Below are positions 28,266 to 36,100 of a DNA stretch of 64,000 bases, piece after piece. Source of the DNA: a virus. Location: the IMG/VR virus record IMGVR_UViG_3300045988_181101. One strand, given 5' to 3'. Numbering within the stretch: position 1 is the stretch's first letter; every line of letters begins with the position of its first letter. The translations under genes and the position numbers were made by a program. The notes under the pieces are model-generated. The model saw only the letters and a program-made list of their open reading frames with translations, made no database searches and had not been told where the DNA came from.

Positions 28266-28847
28266 TTACTTTTTAGCAGTTAATTCGAATTTTTGAATTC
28301 CACTTTCAGCAGTGATAACAACATTTAAATCTTCTTTTTCTACAAGACCTAAATCTTCTAAAGAGAATGTCATTTCAGTTTCACGTGATTTAAGAATAGC
28401 AATCAATCCTTTCTTATCACCACGAATATTTCCATAACGACCTGCTGATTCATTCAATGTTACAGTATTAGGAAAGTGAATTTCAACTTCTTTTTTAGAA
28501 GGAACAGAAGTTCTAATTGTCAATACACATTCGTCATCTCCATTCCATTCTCCTTCTACACCAACAAGTTCATTTAAACCTTGTGGAGTAATTTCAAGAG
28601 TCAAACCTTTTGTTTCAGCAAAATCAACAAGTTCTTGATGCATTACAGAATATCCTACTTTCCAAGGAAATCCAAGTTTCAAAAGTTCATTACTTCCTTC
28701 TACTTGTTCTTGAGTAGCAGAAACATCACCTGGAGAAACTATTCCTCTTATTTCAGTAATAAACACCCTTTTTTGATCACAACTACCATCAGTTACAACT
28801 ACTGCATCAATATTATTATCTTCATCTATAAATCTGTAAAGTCTCAT
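28266..28847 (-). CDS. hypothetical protein
   Basis: 193 aa. The N-terminus (VVVTDGSCDQKRVFITE) weakly resembles the N-terminus of 26770-28260 (TVITDGIDSQLNVFVTE). Confidence 0.7.
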   Translation of the reverse strand: MRLYRFIDEDNNIDAVVVTDGSCDQKRVFITEIRGIVSPGDVSATQEQVEGSNELLKLGFPWKVGYSVMHQELVDFAETKGLTLEITPQGLNELVGVEGEWNGDDECVLTIRTSVPSKKEVEIHFPNTVTLNESAGRYGNIRGDKKGLIAILKSRETEMTFSLEDLGLVEKEDLNVVITAESGIQKFELTAKK

Positions 28848-28864
28848 AATTTTAAATTTTTAAA

Positions 28865-29347
28865 TTAAACATTTTCGAATCCTTCTTTCTTTTTCTTAGA
28901 ACCGTTTTCATCAAAATCAGCTAAATATTTTCTAATTCGTTGCGGTACTAAATTAGAATTTATCTTTGCCGCATTCTCTATAATAGAGATTGATTCTCTT
29001 ATAATTAAAGCATTGCATGCTACAGAATTAAACCAAGTGTAAATTTCAACATTTCCTCCTTTAATAGTGAAATTACCAATAACATGAGCTACAATGAGAA
29101 TTGAACTATATATTAACAACTTTGTCAATATCATCGAAAACCCTTTAGAAGAAAAATCTTTATTCTTTAAATGATATACCCAACTTATTATAGTATCAAC
29201 TATAATAAGAATCATTAGATATTTTAAAAATTCCCAATCACTAAAGATATACTCTTCTATAAAAGCCGTTGTAGAAACAAATGATAAAGGTAAACTTAGA
29301 AAGATTGGAAAATAAAAACTACACAAATATTCTCTTATTTTACTCAT
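28865..29347 (-). CDS. holin (Phage_holin_4/LL-H-like)
   Basis: Multi-TM protein with the family signature IIRESISIIENAAKIN...VP. The start is set at MSKIREY (ATG 29345-29347), an ATGAGTAA overlap with the upstream stop. The track start is 29392. Confidence 0.75.
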   Translation of the reverse strand: MSKIREYLCSFYFPIFLSLPLSFVSTTAFIEEYIFSDWEFLKYLMILIIVDTIISWVYHLKNKDFSSKGFSMILTKLLIYSSILIVAHVIGNFTIKGGNVEIYTWFNSVACNALIIRESISIIENAAKINSNLVPQRIRKYLADFDENGSKKKKEGFENV

Positions 29348-29903
29348 CCTCTTTTTCTGCTTTATTCCAAAACTCTTTACCACGTTCTTCATTCATTTTA
29401 GATCTTTCTGCTCGATCTTTTTCTTCAGTTGAAGAAATTTTCTTCTTAGGTTTCCAACCTTGTGCAGTTTTGATATAAAGTTTACCACCATAAGTTTTCT
29501 CTGTTCCAATAGGAAGTGCTTTTGCTTTTTCAATCGCATCTTCGTCTGCACAATTAATGCCAGCAATACCCTTCAAAATATTCAAAGAAGTCTCTTTATA
29601 ACGAAGAGAAGATTTATCATTTATAGACTTGAAAATACCGTCAGGTATTTCTACTGTCTCTACTTGAGTAGGTCTATAATAGACAAGACTCTTAGTCAAA
29701 TCGTTTTCAACTACAATTGCTTTTTCAAGCATTGCATATTCTGCTGCTGCACAATAAGTCTCGAATTCGTTTAATTCACCTTTCTTAGATTTTTCAACCA
29801 CATCATGTGAAAAAGCGTCAACTTGATTAGAATTAAAAGATTCAAGATTATTTTGTTCAATAAATTTATTGAACTCATCTCTTGTGTATTCTCTGATTTC
29901 CAT
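29340..29903 (-). CDS. hypothetical protein carrying a G-W-K-P module
   Basis: 187 aa. GTEKTYGGKLYIKTAQGWKPKKK matches the modules in 19150-21492, including at the nucleotide level. Confidence 0.7.
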   Translation of the reverse strand: MEIREYTRDEFNKFIEQNNLESFNSNQVDAFSHDVVEKSKKGELNEFETYCAAAEYAMLEKAIVVENDLTKSLVYYRPTQVETVEIPDGIFKSINDKSSLRYKETSLNILKGIAGINCADEDAIEKAKALPIGTEKTYGGKLYIKTAQGWKPKKKISSTEEKDRAERSKMNEERGKEFWNKAEKEDE

Positions 29904-29966
29904 ATAACTTACGTAATTTTAAATTTATTGCATAAAAGTAATCATAAATTTACGTATCTCAAACAA

Positions 29967-31106
29967 TTATATTATAATTCTTATTTCATTTTCAGTCCTA
30001 CACTTATCTCGAATCCTTTTAACCTTATCTAAAATGTTTAATAAATTGTGACTACATAGTATAATATTTTCAATTTCAATCAATTCATCTAATCTATCGT
30101 TCCTATAGAATTCATCAATTATTTTTACAATTTTCCTTTGAATTATTTCTTCTCCAATATTATCTGATATCTTGTATAATTGCGCTTTAACTCTATAATA
30201 CGCTCTATAACAAGGATCTTGAATCAATTCTAATCTACTTTCACTATTATTTTTAGAACATTCACCATTATAACCTTTTCTATCATATATCAATTTTTTA
30301 CTCTTATGTACAGAACCTATTCTTCTTTCTACTTTAATATGAAAATGTTCAAGTATAATATTAAGTGCTTCATTAAGTTCTTTTCTATTGTTAGGAGAAA
30401 ATATTGTTTTCGTTCTTGTTCCTTTATGTTTACGAATCAACTCATCATTAGGATTTTTACTTCTATATCTAAAATATTTCTTTAGTTGTGGTATTCTTTG
30501 ACTTATTTCTTCGAATTTATGCAGTATATTCCTTACTTTATATATAGATAAGCCTGTTTTTGATGCAATATATTCAACACTTTCATAATGTTGAAATTTA
30601 GATGCCATTTTTTCTGCTTTTTCAAATGGATTATCATCCTTCTTAATAGGTAAGATGTATTTTGTTATTCCGTATTTTGCACTTATAAGGCATTCTATCA
30701 CTTCCAATTCCTCTATACCAAAATGATATAATTCATCTTTGATCCTAAAAGTAGCTCTCATTGGATTAGTAAGATTGTGAAAATAAATTCTATTCTTATA
30801 ATATTTATAATCACCGTTTTCATCTTTCCATTCACTTTGTTCTTCCGGTAGAGGGTCTTCTTTTAAGATTTCAACATAAACTTCTCCTTTTTCAAACTTT
30901 AATCTTATAAGATTGTAAGTATAAGTGAATTCTAATAAGATTTTCTTTACCTTATCTGTAGATAACATTAATTCTTGGGAGATTAGATCAATTAGATCTT
31001 TCTTAGAAGAGAACTTTCTGCAAGGATAATCTTCAACCATTCCTGCAATCATCATCAGGATTTTAAAAACTTGCCTTTCGGCTATATTATATATTTTTTT
31101 ATTCAT
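29967..31106 (-). CDS. hypothetical protein with HTH-like segment
   Basis: 379 aa with VEYIASKTGLSIYKVRNILHKF. It has its own promoter box at 31133-31141. Confidence 0.7.
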   Translation of the reverse strand: MNKKIYNIAERQVFKILMMIAGMVEDYPCRKFSSKKDLIDLISQELMLSTDKVKKILLEFTYTYNLIRLKFEKGEVYVEILKEDPLPEEQSEWKDENGDYKYYKNRIYFHNLTNPMRATFRIKDELYHFGIEELEVIECLISAKYGITKYILPIKKDDNPFEKAEKMASKFQHYESVEYIASKTGLSIYKVRNILHKFEEISQRIPQLKKYFRYRSKNPNDELIRKHKGTRTKTIFSPNNRKELNEALNIILEHFHIKVERRIGSVHKSKKLIYDRKGYNGECSKNNSESRLELIQDPCYRAYYRVKAQLYKISDNIGEEIIQRKIVKIIDEFYRNDRLDELIEIENIILCSHNLLNILDKVKRIRDKCRTENEIRIII

Positions 31107-31132
31107 GTTATTTTTTTGATTTTTTAGTGTTG

Positions 31133-31141
31133 TAAAGATAG
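31133..31141 (-). promoter_or_regulatory. -7 box CTATCTTTA with TTG 19 nt upstream
   Basis: The minus strand reads AGGTTG-N19-TATCTTTAC, about 27 nt upstream of the ATG at 31106. Confidence 0.5.
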
Positions 31142-31162
31142 ATAGAATTCTTCAATCTACAA

Positions 31163-31201
31163 CCTATAAAAAGAAAAATCTGAGTAACGCTTTACTCAGA
31201 T
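31163..31201 (-). terminator. rho-independent terminator
   Basis: 10-bp perfect stem ATCTGAGTAA/TTACTCAGAT (31178-31201) with a 4-nt loop, followed by TTTTCTTTTT on the minus strand. Confidence 0.65.
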
Positions 31202-31276
31202 CAATTTCTTTACTAAAAAACCAAAAAATTATTATGAACAAAATTTCTTTTGCCGAAAGTAAGCCTCGCGGCTTTC
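31165..31276 (-). ncRNA. candidate small non-coding RNA (orphan promoter to terminator, about 110 nt)
   Basis: Bipartite promoter (TTG-N19-TATCTTTAC, box at 31283-31291) and the terminator at 31163-31201 bracket a stretch with no ATG. That stretch contains a GC-rich GNRA-loop hairpin (AAGCC-GCGA-GGCTT). Confidence 0.3.
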
Positions 31277-31282
31277 TGAGTG

Positions 31283-31291
31283 TAAAGATAC
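31283..31291 (-). promoter_or_regulatory. -7 box GTATCTTTA with TTG 19 nt upstream (no ORF downstream)
   Basis: The minus strand reads CGATTG-N19-TATCTTTAC. Confidence 0.45.
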
Positions 31292-31551
31292 TACCTTTTT
31301 TTATATCTGCAATCGATAGAGTGTAAATCTCTGTCACTCTCATTTATTCTTTAATCTATTCTTAATCCCTTTATTTATGCAGGATTGAAGATTTCTGAAA
31401 ATCTATTATATAACATAATTCTATGTAATAGGATTTTCTCTTATCTTTCTTATATTCCTAATAAAAAGAATAAATATAATTATTAAACTCCTTATTCTTA
31501 TAAGGAATATAATAGAGTTTAATTTCTCCTCAATCCCGCATAAATAGGAAG

Positions 31552-31935
31552 TTATAAGAGAAGAGGAAGGATTAGTATCAAAAACATAAAAAGCAAAATG
31601 AAAAACCAAATAGGATTCAAAGGCTTTTTATCGTCATTATTCTCTACTTCTGAAATGTATTCAGATCTTTCTTGATCTATACGATCACTTTCTATTCGAG
31701 ATGGTGAAGTAGAAGGTCTATTTGTCACCACTTCATTAACTTTTCTTTCTCCGACCATATAAAGTCCTAAGAAAGCAAGAAATGGTGAAAAGAAAATAGC
31801 AAGAATAACCCAACCTGTTTGACTTCGATTAAATCGTTCAGCATATTTGCTTACTGCCCATAATAAAAAGATTAATCCTGCTGCACTCCAAAGAATGCTA
31901 ATCATACTAATAAGAAAAAAGTTTAATGGATTCAT
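31552..31935 (-). CDS. small membrane protein (two N-terminal TM helices)
   Basis: 127 aa with LISMISILWSAAGLIFLLWAV and WVILAIFFSPFLAFLGLYMV. Confidence 0.7.
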   Translation of the reverse strand: MNPLNFFLISMISILWSAAGLIFLLWAVSKYAERFNRSQTGWVILAIFFSPFLAFLGLYMVGERKVNEVVTNRPSTSPSRIESDRIDQERSEYISEVENNDDKKPLNPIWFFILLFMFLILILPLLL

Positions 31936-31950
31936 AATTTAAATTTTTAA

Positions 31951-32364
31951 TTAGTTAATAAAATCTACTTGAATTTCTCCCGTTTCTATTTGTTTTATCA
32001 AGTCTCTTATATCCTCACTTACAAGACTCGATATTCTACCTATATCATCTTTAAAACCTAATAAATAAGTTTTATATTTTCCTTGATAGAAATCATTATA
32101 TTTCTTCTGAGCTATCCAAGGATATGGAGCTTTAATAAAACAATAGGGTCCTGTAATTTTATAGTAATAAGGATTTTGTTTAATAGAACCTACTAAGAAA
32201 ATGGTAGGTTCTACAGATTCTATTTCAAAAGCTTCAATTGGATGAAGTATATGATAATCCATAATTTTTCTTGTTGAACGAGCTTGATGTTCGTTAACTT
32301 TTTCGTAAATCATTCCATTGTAAGAAAAGAATTCTCCTACTTTAAGATTTTTAAATAATATCAT
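31951..32364 (-). CDS. hypothetical protein
   Basis: 137-aa co-oriented ORF. No motif recognised. Confidence 0.7.
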   Translation of the reverse strand: MILFKNLKVGEFFSYNGMIYEKVNEHQARSTRKIMDYHILHPIEAFEIESVEPTIFLVGSIKQNPYYYKITGPYCFIKAPYPWIAQKKYNDFYQGKYKTYLLGFKDDIGRISSLVSEDIRDLIKQIETGEIQVDFIN

Positions 32365-32408
32365 ATCAATATAATTTTAATAATTAGAAGTTCTTTGATG
32401 TGTACTGT

Positions 32409-32627
32409 TCATAATCTATTCTTACATATTTGTTTCAACCTCTCTAAATCTTTTCGTTTAGGCTCGTCTGCATTCTTAGTAGCGTCTATTATTGTCATAT
32501 CGCTAACTATTGCAATCCATTGTTTTCCCGTTACAGGACTTGTATAAGTTACTTTATAGTGTCCATAACCTGATTGGATAAAATTAAAATTTGAAAGTTG
32601 TGTCTTTGTCTTCATAATCTTTATCAT
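32409..32627 (-). CDS. hypothetical protein
   Basis: 72 aa. The first codons MIKIMK lie inside the repeated promoter cassette and are shared with 40380-40535. Confidence 0.65.
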   Translation of the reverse strand: MIKIMKTKTQLSNFNFIQSGYGHYKVTYTSPVTGKQWIAIVSDMTIIDATKNADEPKRKDLERLKQICKNRL

Positions 32628-32712
32628 TTTTAGTTGTCCTTTTTCAATACCTAAAGATACTCCTTATTTTGGAGATAACAAACGTTTATCTATATTTATG
32701 GTCGAAATTAAG
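32611..32712 (-). promoter_or_regulatory. conserved promoter/stem-loop cassette, copy A
   Basis: The minus strand reads AGATAAACGTTTGTTATCTCCAAAATAAG-GAGTATCTTTAGG-...AAAGGACAACTAAAAATG, with TTTG-N19-TATCTTTA. It is one of four copies. Confidence 0.65.
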
Positions 32713-32721
32713 GACTTTTAA

Positions 32722-32754
32722 TAAAACTCTAACAATCTCTCTAAGTCAGGAAGC
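32722..32754. repeat. inverted repeat, left arm (33 bp, perfect)
   Basis: TAAAACTCTAACAATCTCTCTAAGTCAGGAAGC is the exact reverse complement of 33547-33579. Confidence 0.95.
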
Positions 32755-33154
32755 TGGAGAAATAACGCGAGTAACAATATCAGATGCATTAGTGTCATAT
32801 GGAACTATTTATGGTTATCTAAATAGTCCTGAAGGACCTTCGGTAATAATAGGTGAATTGAAAAATTATATGCTTGTATCTTCAAGAACGTATGGATATA
32901 CGTTCAAAGCAGTTGGTAGTGGAAATGTATCAATATCATTGAATTTAATCTTAAATACTAAAATATCATCACATACTGTAACGGAAGCTACAGGAGGAAT
33001 AACTGCTGACAAAATGTTTATTGTACAATCTACATCCGGAAGTATAATTACAATTAGGTTTGATAATTCTCCAAGTGGTGCAACAATTTCATCCAAAGTT
33101 TATTTTGAAGGATATATAAATCCTATATTAATGGACTTTACAATTGAACGTTAA
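32722..33154 (+). other. silent alternative C-terminal cassette for fibre gene 33210-34613
   Basis: The plus-strand frame reads KTLTISLSQEA across the repeat, then 133 further codons (GEITRVTISDALVSYG...DFTIER stop). There is no ATG or promoter: the track start is a TTG inside the promoter cassette. Confidence 0.6.
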
Positions 33155-33172
33155 TAATTAATATATTACATA

Positions 33173-33201
33173 ATAGTCGGGTAAAATTTTACCCGACTAT
33201 T
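33173..33201. terminator. bidirectional terminator-like perfect palindrome between the two convergent cassettes
   Basis: AATAGTCGGGTAAAATTTTACCCGACTATT lies between the stops at 33154 (+) and 33210 (-). Confidence 0.6.
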
Positions 33202-33209
33202 ATGTACTC

Positions 33210-34613
33210 TTAATAAATGGTTAATGTTATTTCATCATAAGAGTTGCCTAATTGTATTGTTCCTGTAACTTTACCATCTCTATTTGTATATCTATAATTT
33301 TCAAAATCTGTACTACTTGAAAAATTACCACTTATGCCAACTGGAGGATAATCCATATCATCAAGAAAATGAATTTCACATTCCTCACATTGAGGTTCAA
33401 GAATAAGTTCTCCTCCTAAAGGAACATATAAATTTTCAGAAGTATATTGTTCAATTCGACCACTTGCATCATCTGTAAACCATTTTATTATCGGTGATCC
33501 TCCTTGAACGACATCAAACATAACACTAATAAATACTAATACTCTTGCTTCCTGACTTAGAGAGATTGTTAGAGTTTTACCACTGCTTTGTTGAGAAAGA
33601 GTAAGGGTACCTGTTCTTTGGAATGCAGCAAGATTATTTGCAGCTACTATATAGATTTCACTTGTATCATAGGAAGAAACAGAGAATGTACTATCTCCAC
33701 TAATACTTGGTGTATATGGAACTGCTGCTACTTCTGTAGTTGGATTACCATTTATATATTTTCGTCTTATTGAATTTACTGCTATTCTTTTTGTTTCACC
33801 TGTTGCTATAAAGGAAAGACTTGTAGTAGCTGATGTAAATTCATGACCCCATGTAATAGAAGCTGCAGCCTGAGTAACACTAACAGTAAAAGTATTTCCA
33901 CTAACACTCTGAGTAAAGACAACACTCCAACTTCTTGAACTTTCAACAACATTTTCTGTTACAGAGAAAGTCGTTCCTGATACAGTCAAACCTCCTTCTG
34001 GAGAAGATGATGAATAATCAAGATTTTCAGTACCAACTTGATGTCCATTAATATACTTCGTTCTATAAGAAGTAACTGAAATAGATTGACTATTTGCTGT
34101 CGCACCAAATGAAAGACTTGTTGTTGATGGTGAGAATGTATAAGTATAAGTAGGAACTCCTGCAGCCTGAGTAAAGTTCACAGTAATTTCTTGGTTAGTA
34201 ACAGACTGTTTAACACGAATATAACCTGATTTCTGTGATTCTGTCGTTTGATCTGCATTAGCATGTACTGAAACTGAATTTCCACTCACAGAATAAGTTG
34301 CCCAACTTGCATTGAATTCTGAAACTGACCAAGCAAGAGCTTCACCTCCAATTGTAGAGGTAACAGTAAAACTTTCACTACCAGTATTCTGAGGTAATTG
34401 AAATGAAGTTCTACTTACACTAAATGCAGCCTCAGCATATATTACATTATCCATAATAGGAATAGCAACATCTGAATAACTTCCCTCTATTCTTGCAAAT
34501 GGAGAAGTATCTAAGATTTCTTTTTTTGTTAGAAATCTATCTGCACCACTACCACTCGGGAATTCAGGTATTTTATTATGAACGAGATTTCTCGTTGCAA
34601 ATTCTTTACTCAT
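33210..34613 (-). CDS. tail fibre/receptor-binding candidate with three BACON/Ig-like repeats and exchangeable C-terminus
   Basis: 467 aa. Repeats end in ...ITVNFTQAAG, ...FTVSVTQAAA and ...TLTISLSQEA. The last repeat end coincides with the inverted repeat. The current C-terminal 112 aa are encoded by 33210-33546. Confidence 0.65.
   Translation of the reverse strand: MSKEFATRNLVHNKIPEFPSGSGADRFLTKKEILDTSPFARIEGSYSDVAIPIMDNVIYAEAAFSVSRTSFQLPQNTGSESFTVTSTIGGEALAWSVSEFNASWATYSVSGNSVSVHANADQTTESQKSGYIRVKQSVTNQEITVNFTQAAGVPTYTYTFSPSTTSLSFGATANSQSISVTSYRTKYINGHQVGTENLDYSSSSPEGGLTVSGTTFSVTENVVESSRSWSVVFTQSVSGNTFTVSVTQAAASITWGHEFTSATTSLSFIATGETKRIAVNSIRRKYINGNPTTEVAAVPYTPSISGDSTFSVSSYDTSEIYIVAANNLAAFQRTGTLTLSQQSSGKTLTISLSQEARVLVFISVMFDVVQGGSPIIKWFTDDASGRIEQYTSENLYVPLGGELILEPQCEECEIHFLDDMDYPPVGISGNFSSSTDFENYRYTNRDGKVTGTIQLGNSYDEITLTIY
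33547..33579. repeat. inverted repeat, right arm (33 bp, perfect)
   Basis: Exact reverse complement of 32722-32754, located inside CDS 33210-34613. Confidence 0.95.
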
Positions 34614-34647
34614 ATCATTAATCTTATATAAACGAATAAAAACAATC

Positions 34648-35085
34648 TTATCTATAAAGTAATTCGTGAAGAGTCAGATCTTTTTTCCTTCTTATAGAAA
34701 CATTCATATATTTAGGAAAGTCAAGATTTTCTTCATTTAAAAAGTCAACGAATACTTGCCATGAAATCATATAAACAGAACCACAACGAAAATCCATCTT
34801 ATACATTTTCCATAAAGGTTTATCCTCTTTAATAGAAATACATTTCAAAGGATCTTGTTCATCATTAGATTTAAAGTTCTCAACAAGTTTCATCTTACCA
34901 AACCAAGAAATATTATATCCAGGAATAAGAACAAGAATATCTTCTTTAGGATATTCAAGATATTCCTCAATTATCTTTACTTCTTCATCAGAGATAAGCA
35001 TTCTATCTTTAATTTGAGAAAGGTATAGACGAAATCCTTTCATTTCGTCTACTACCCAATTATAACCTATTTTATAAGTACTCAT
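34648..35085 (-). CDS. hypothetical protein
   Basis: 145-aa co-oriented ORF. Confidence 0.7.
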   Translation of the reverse strand: MSTYKIGYNWVVDEMKGFRLYLSQIKDRMLISDEEVKIIEEYLEYPKEDILVLIPGYNISWFGKMKLVENFKSNDEQDPLKCISIKEDKPLWKMYKMDFRCGSVYMISWQVFVDFLNEENLDFPKYMNVSIRRKKDLTLHELLYR

Positions 35086-35087
35086 AA

Positions 35088-35312
35088 TTATAGAATTTCT
35101 TCATTTTTATTCCATTCTTCATTATTCAGGACGCTACCAAGTTCTCTACTGTTATGTTCGTAAACCGTTAGTTTATCCTCGTCAGTCAACACAGGATGCA
35201 CAAAGTCATAATGAAGAATAACCTTACTTCCGTTCACACTCTTACGCGCATGCTCAGGTACTACTATTCCCTTTTGCAAACACCATTCTACTGTTACAAT
35301 TACATATTTCAT
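35088..35312 (-). CDS. hypothetical protein
   Basis: 74-aa ORF with a 4-nt overlap with the LamG gene. Confidence 0.6.
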   Translation of the reverse strand: MKYVIVTVEWCLQKGIVVPEHARKSVNGSKVILHYDFVHPVLTDEDKLTVYEHNSRELGSVLNNEEWNKNEEIL

Positions 35313-36037
35313 CCGTTTAATCTTTTAGTCCAAATTTCATTTAACTTTATCTTCTCTTGCTCTATTTCATCAGGAGTGAGAGATTTATCGTAGAGGGCGA
35401 AGTAGTAGATAGCACCATGCAGATAACGATTATCATTCTTCCTGGTATTCCCTAAATATAATAAATTAGTATCTGTTCCAGATCCTTTTGTTATATTAGT
35501 TCCATTATAGGATGTACTCGTCTGATATGATATCGAATCAGATTTTTCTACTAATATTGAAGATAAAGTACCAAACGAACGGCATTGATCATTTGTACTA
35601 TTTTTAAGAAGTTCAAAAATGAAAGCACCAGTATCATAAGATAAACTCTTAGAAGCTACTACTGTTTCATTATCATCTTGTTTATCCCAAATCTGTCTCC
35701 TACATATCACTGTATAATCCGTTTGTATCGGCATATTGTCACATACAGCATAATCATCTACACCATCGAATACAAGAGAACCTTCATAAGAAGAAGCCAC
35801 TTTTCCTTCGTCATTTCCGCCACTGTGTTGTCCGCTTCCACCAAATCCGCTATTAGGAGTAAACGCAAAGTTCTTCAGCACAAGTTCATGTCCCTTGTAA
35901 CCACTTATCGAAGCAGGAGGATTATCATTGCTGTATCCTGACATAAACCAAGCGTCAACAAGGGACTTATCAAATGAAATTTCTGATTCAGTTCCATGTA
36001 CATGTCTAAATGGAATTCCTATACCTCTTCCTATCAT
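35309..36037 (-). CDS. LamG/concanavalin-like domain protein (fibre/adhesin candidate)
   Basis: GSLVFDGVDDYAVCDNMP...LHGAIYYFALYDKSLTPDEIEQE follows the Laminin_G_3 pattern. Confidence 0.65.
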   Translation of the reverse strand: MIGRGIGIPFRHVHGTESEISFDKSLVDAWFMSGYSNDNPPASISGYKGHELVLKNFAFTPNSGFGGSGQHSGGNDEGKVASSYEGSLVFDGVDDYAVCDNMPIQTDYTVICRRQIWDKQDDNETVVASKSLSYDTGAFIFELLKNSTNDQCRSFGTLSSILVEKSDSISYQTSTSYNGTNITKGSGTDTNLLYLGNTRKNDNRYLHGAIYYFALYDKSLTPDEIEQEKIKLNEIWTKRLNG

Positions 36038-36100
36038 ACTATATACTCCTGATTAGACGAAAGTTTCTTATTATTAAAAACATAACATCTTGACATTTCA

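Noticed and set aside
31421-31609. 62-aa minus-strand ORF in the long AT-rich intergenic region
   Set aside because: It overlaps the 3' end of the membrane-protein gene in another frame. Its composition is low-complexity and Ile/Phe-rich, and it has no promoter or coupling signal.
32669-32721. N-terminal part (MEITNVYLYLWSKLRTFN) of the plus-strand track ORF 32669-33154 as a genuine gene start
   Set aside because: The start is a TTG inside the conserved minus-strand promoter cassette. There is no ATG until far downstream. The segment is better explained as non-coding sequence that happens to be open upstream of the silent cassette.
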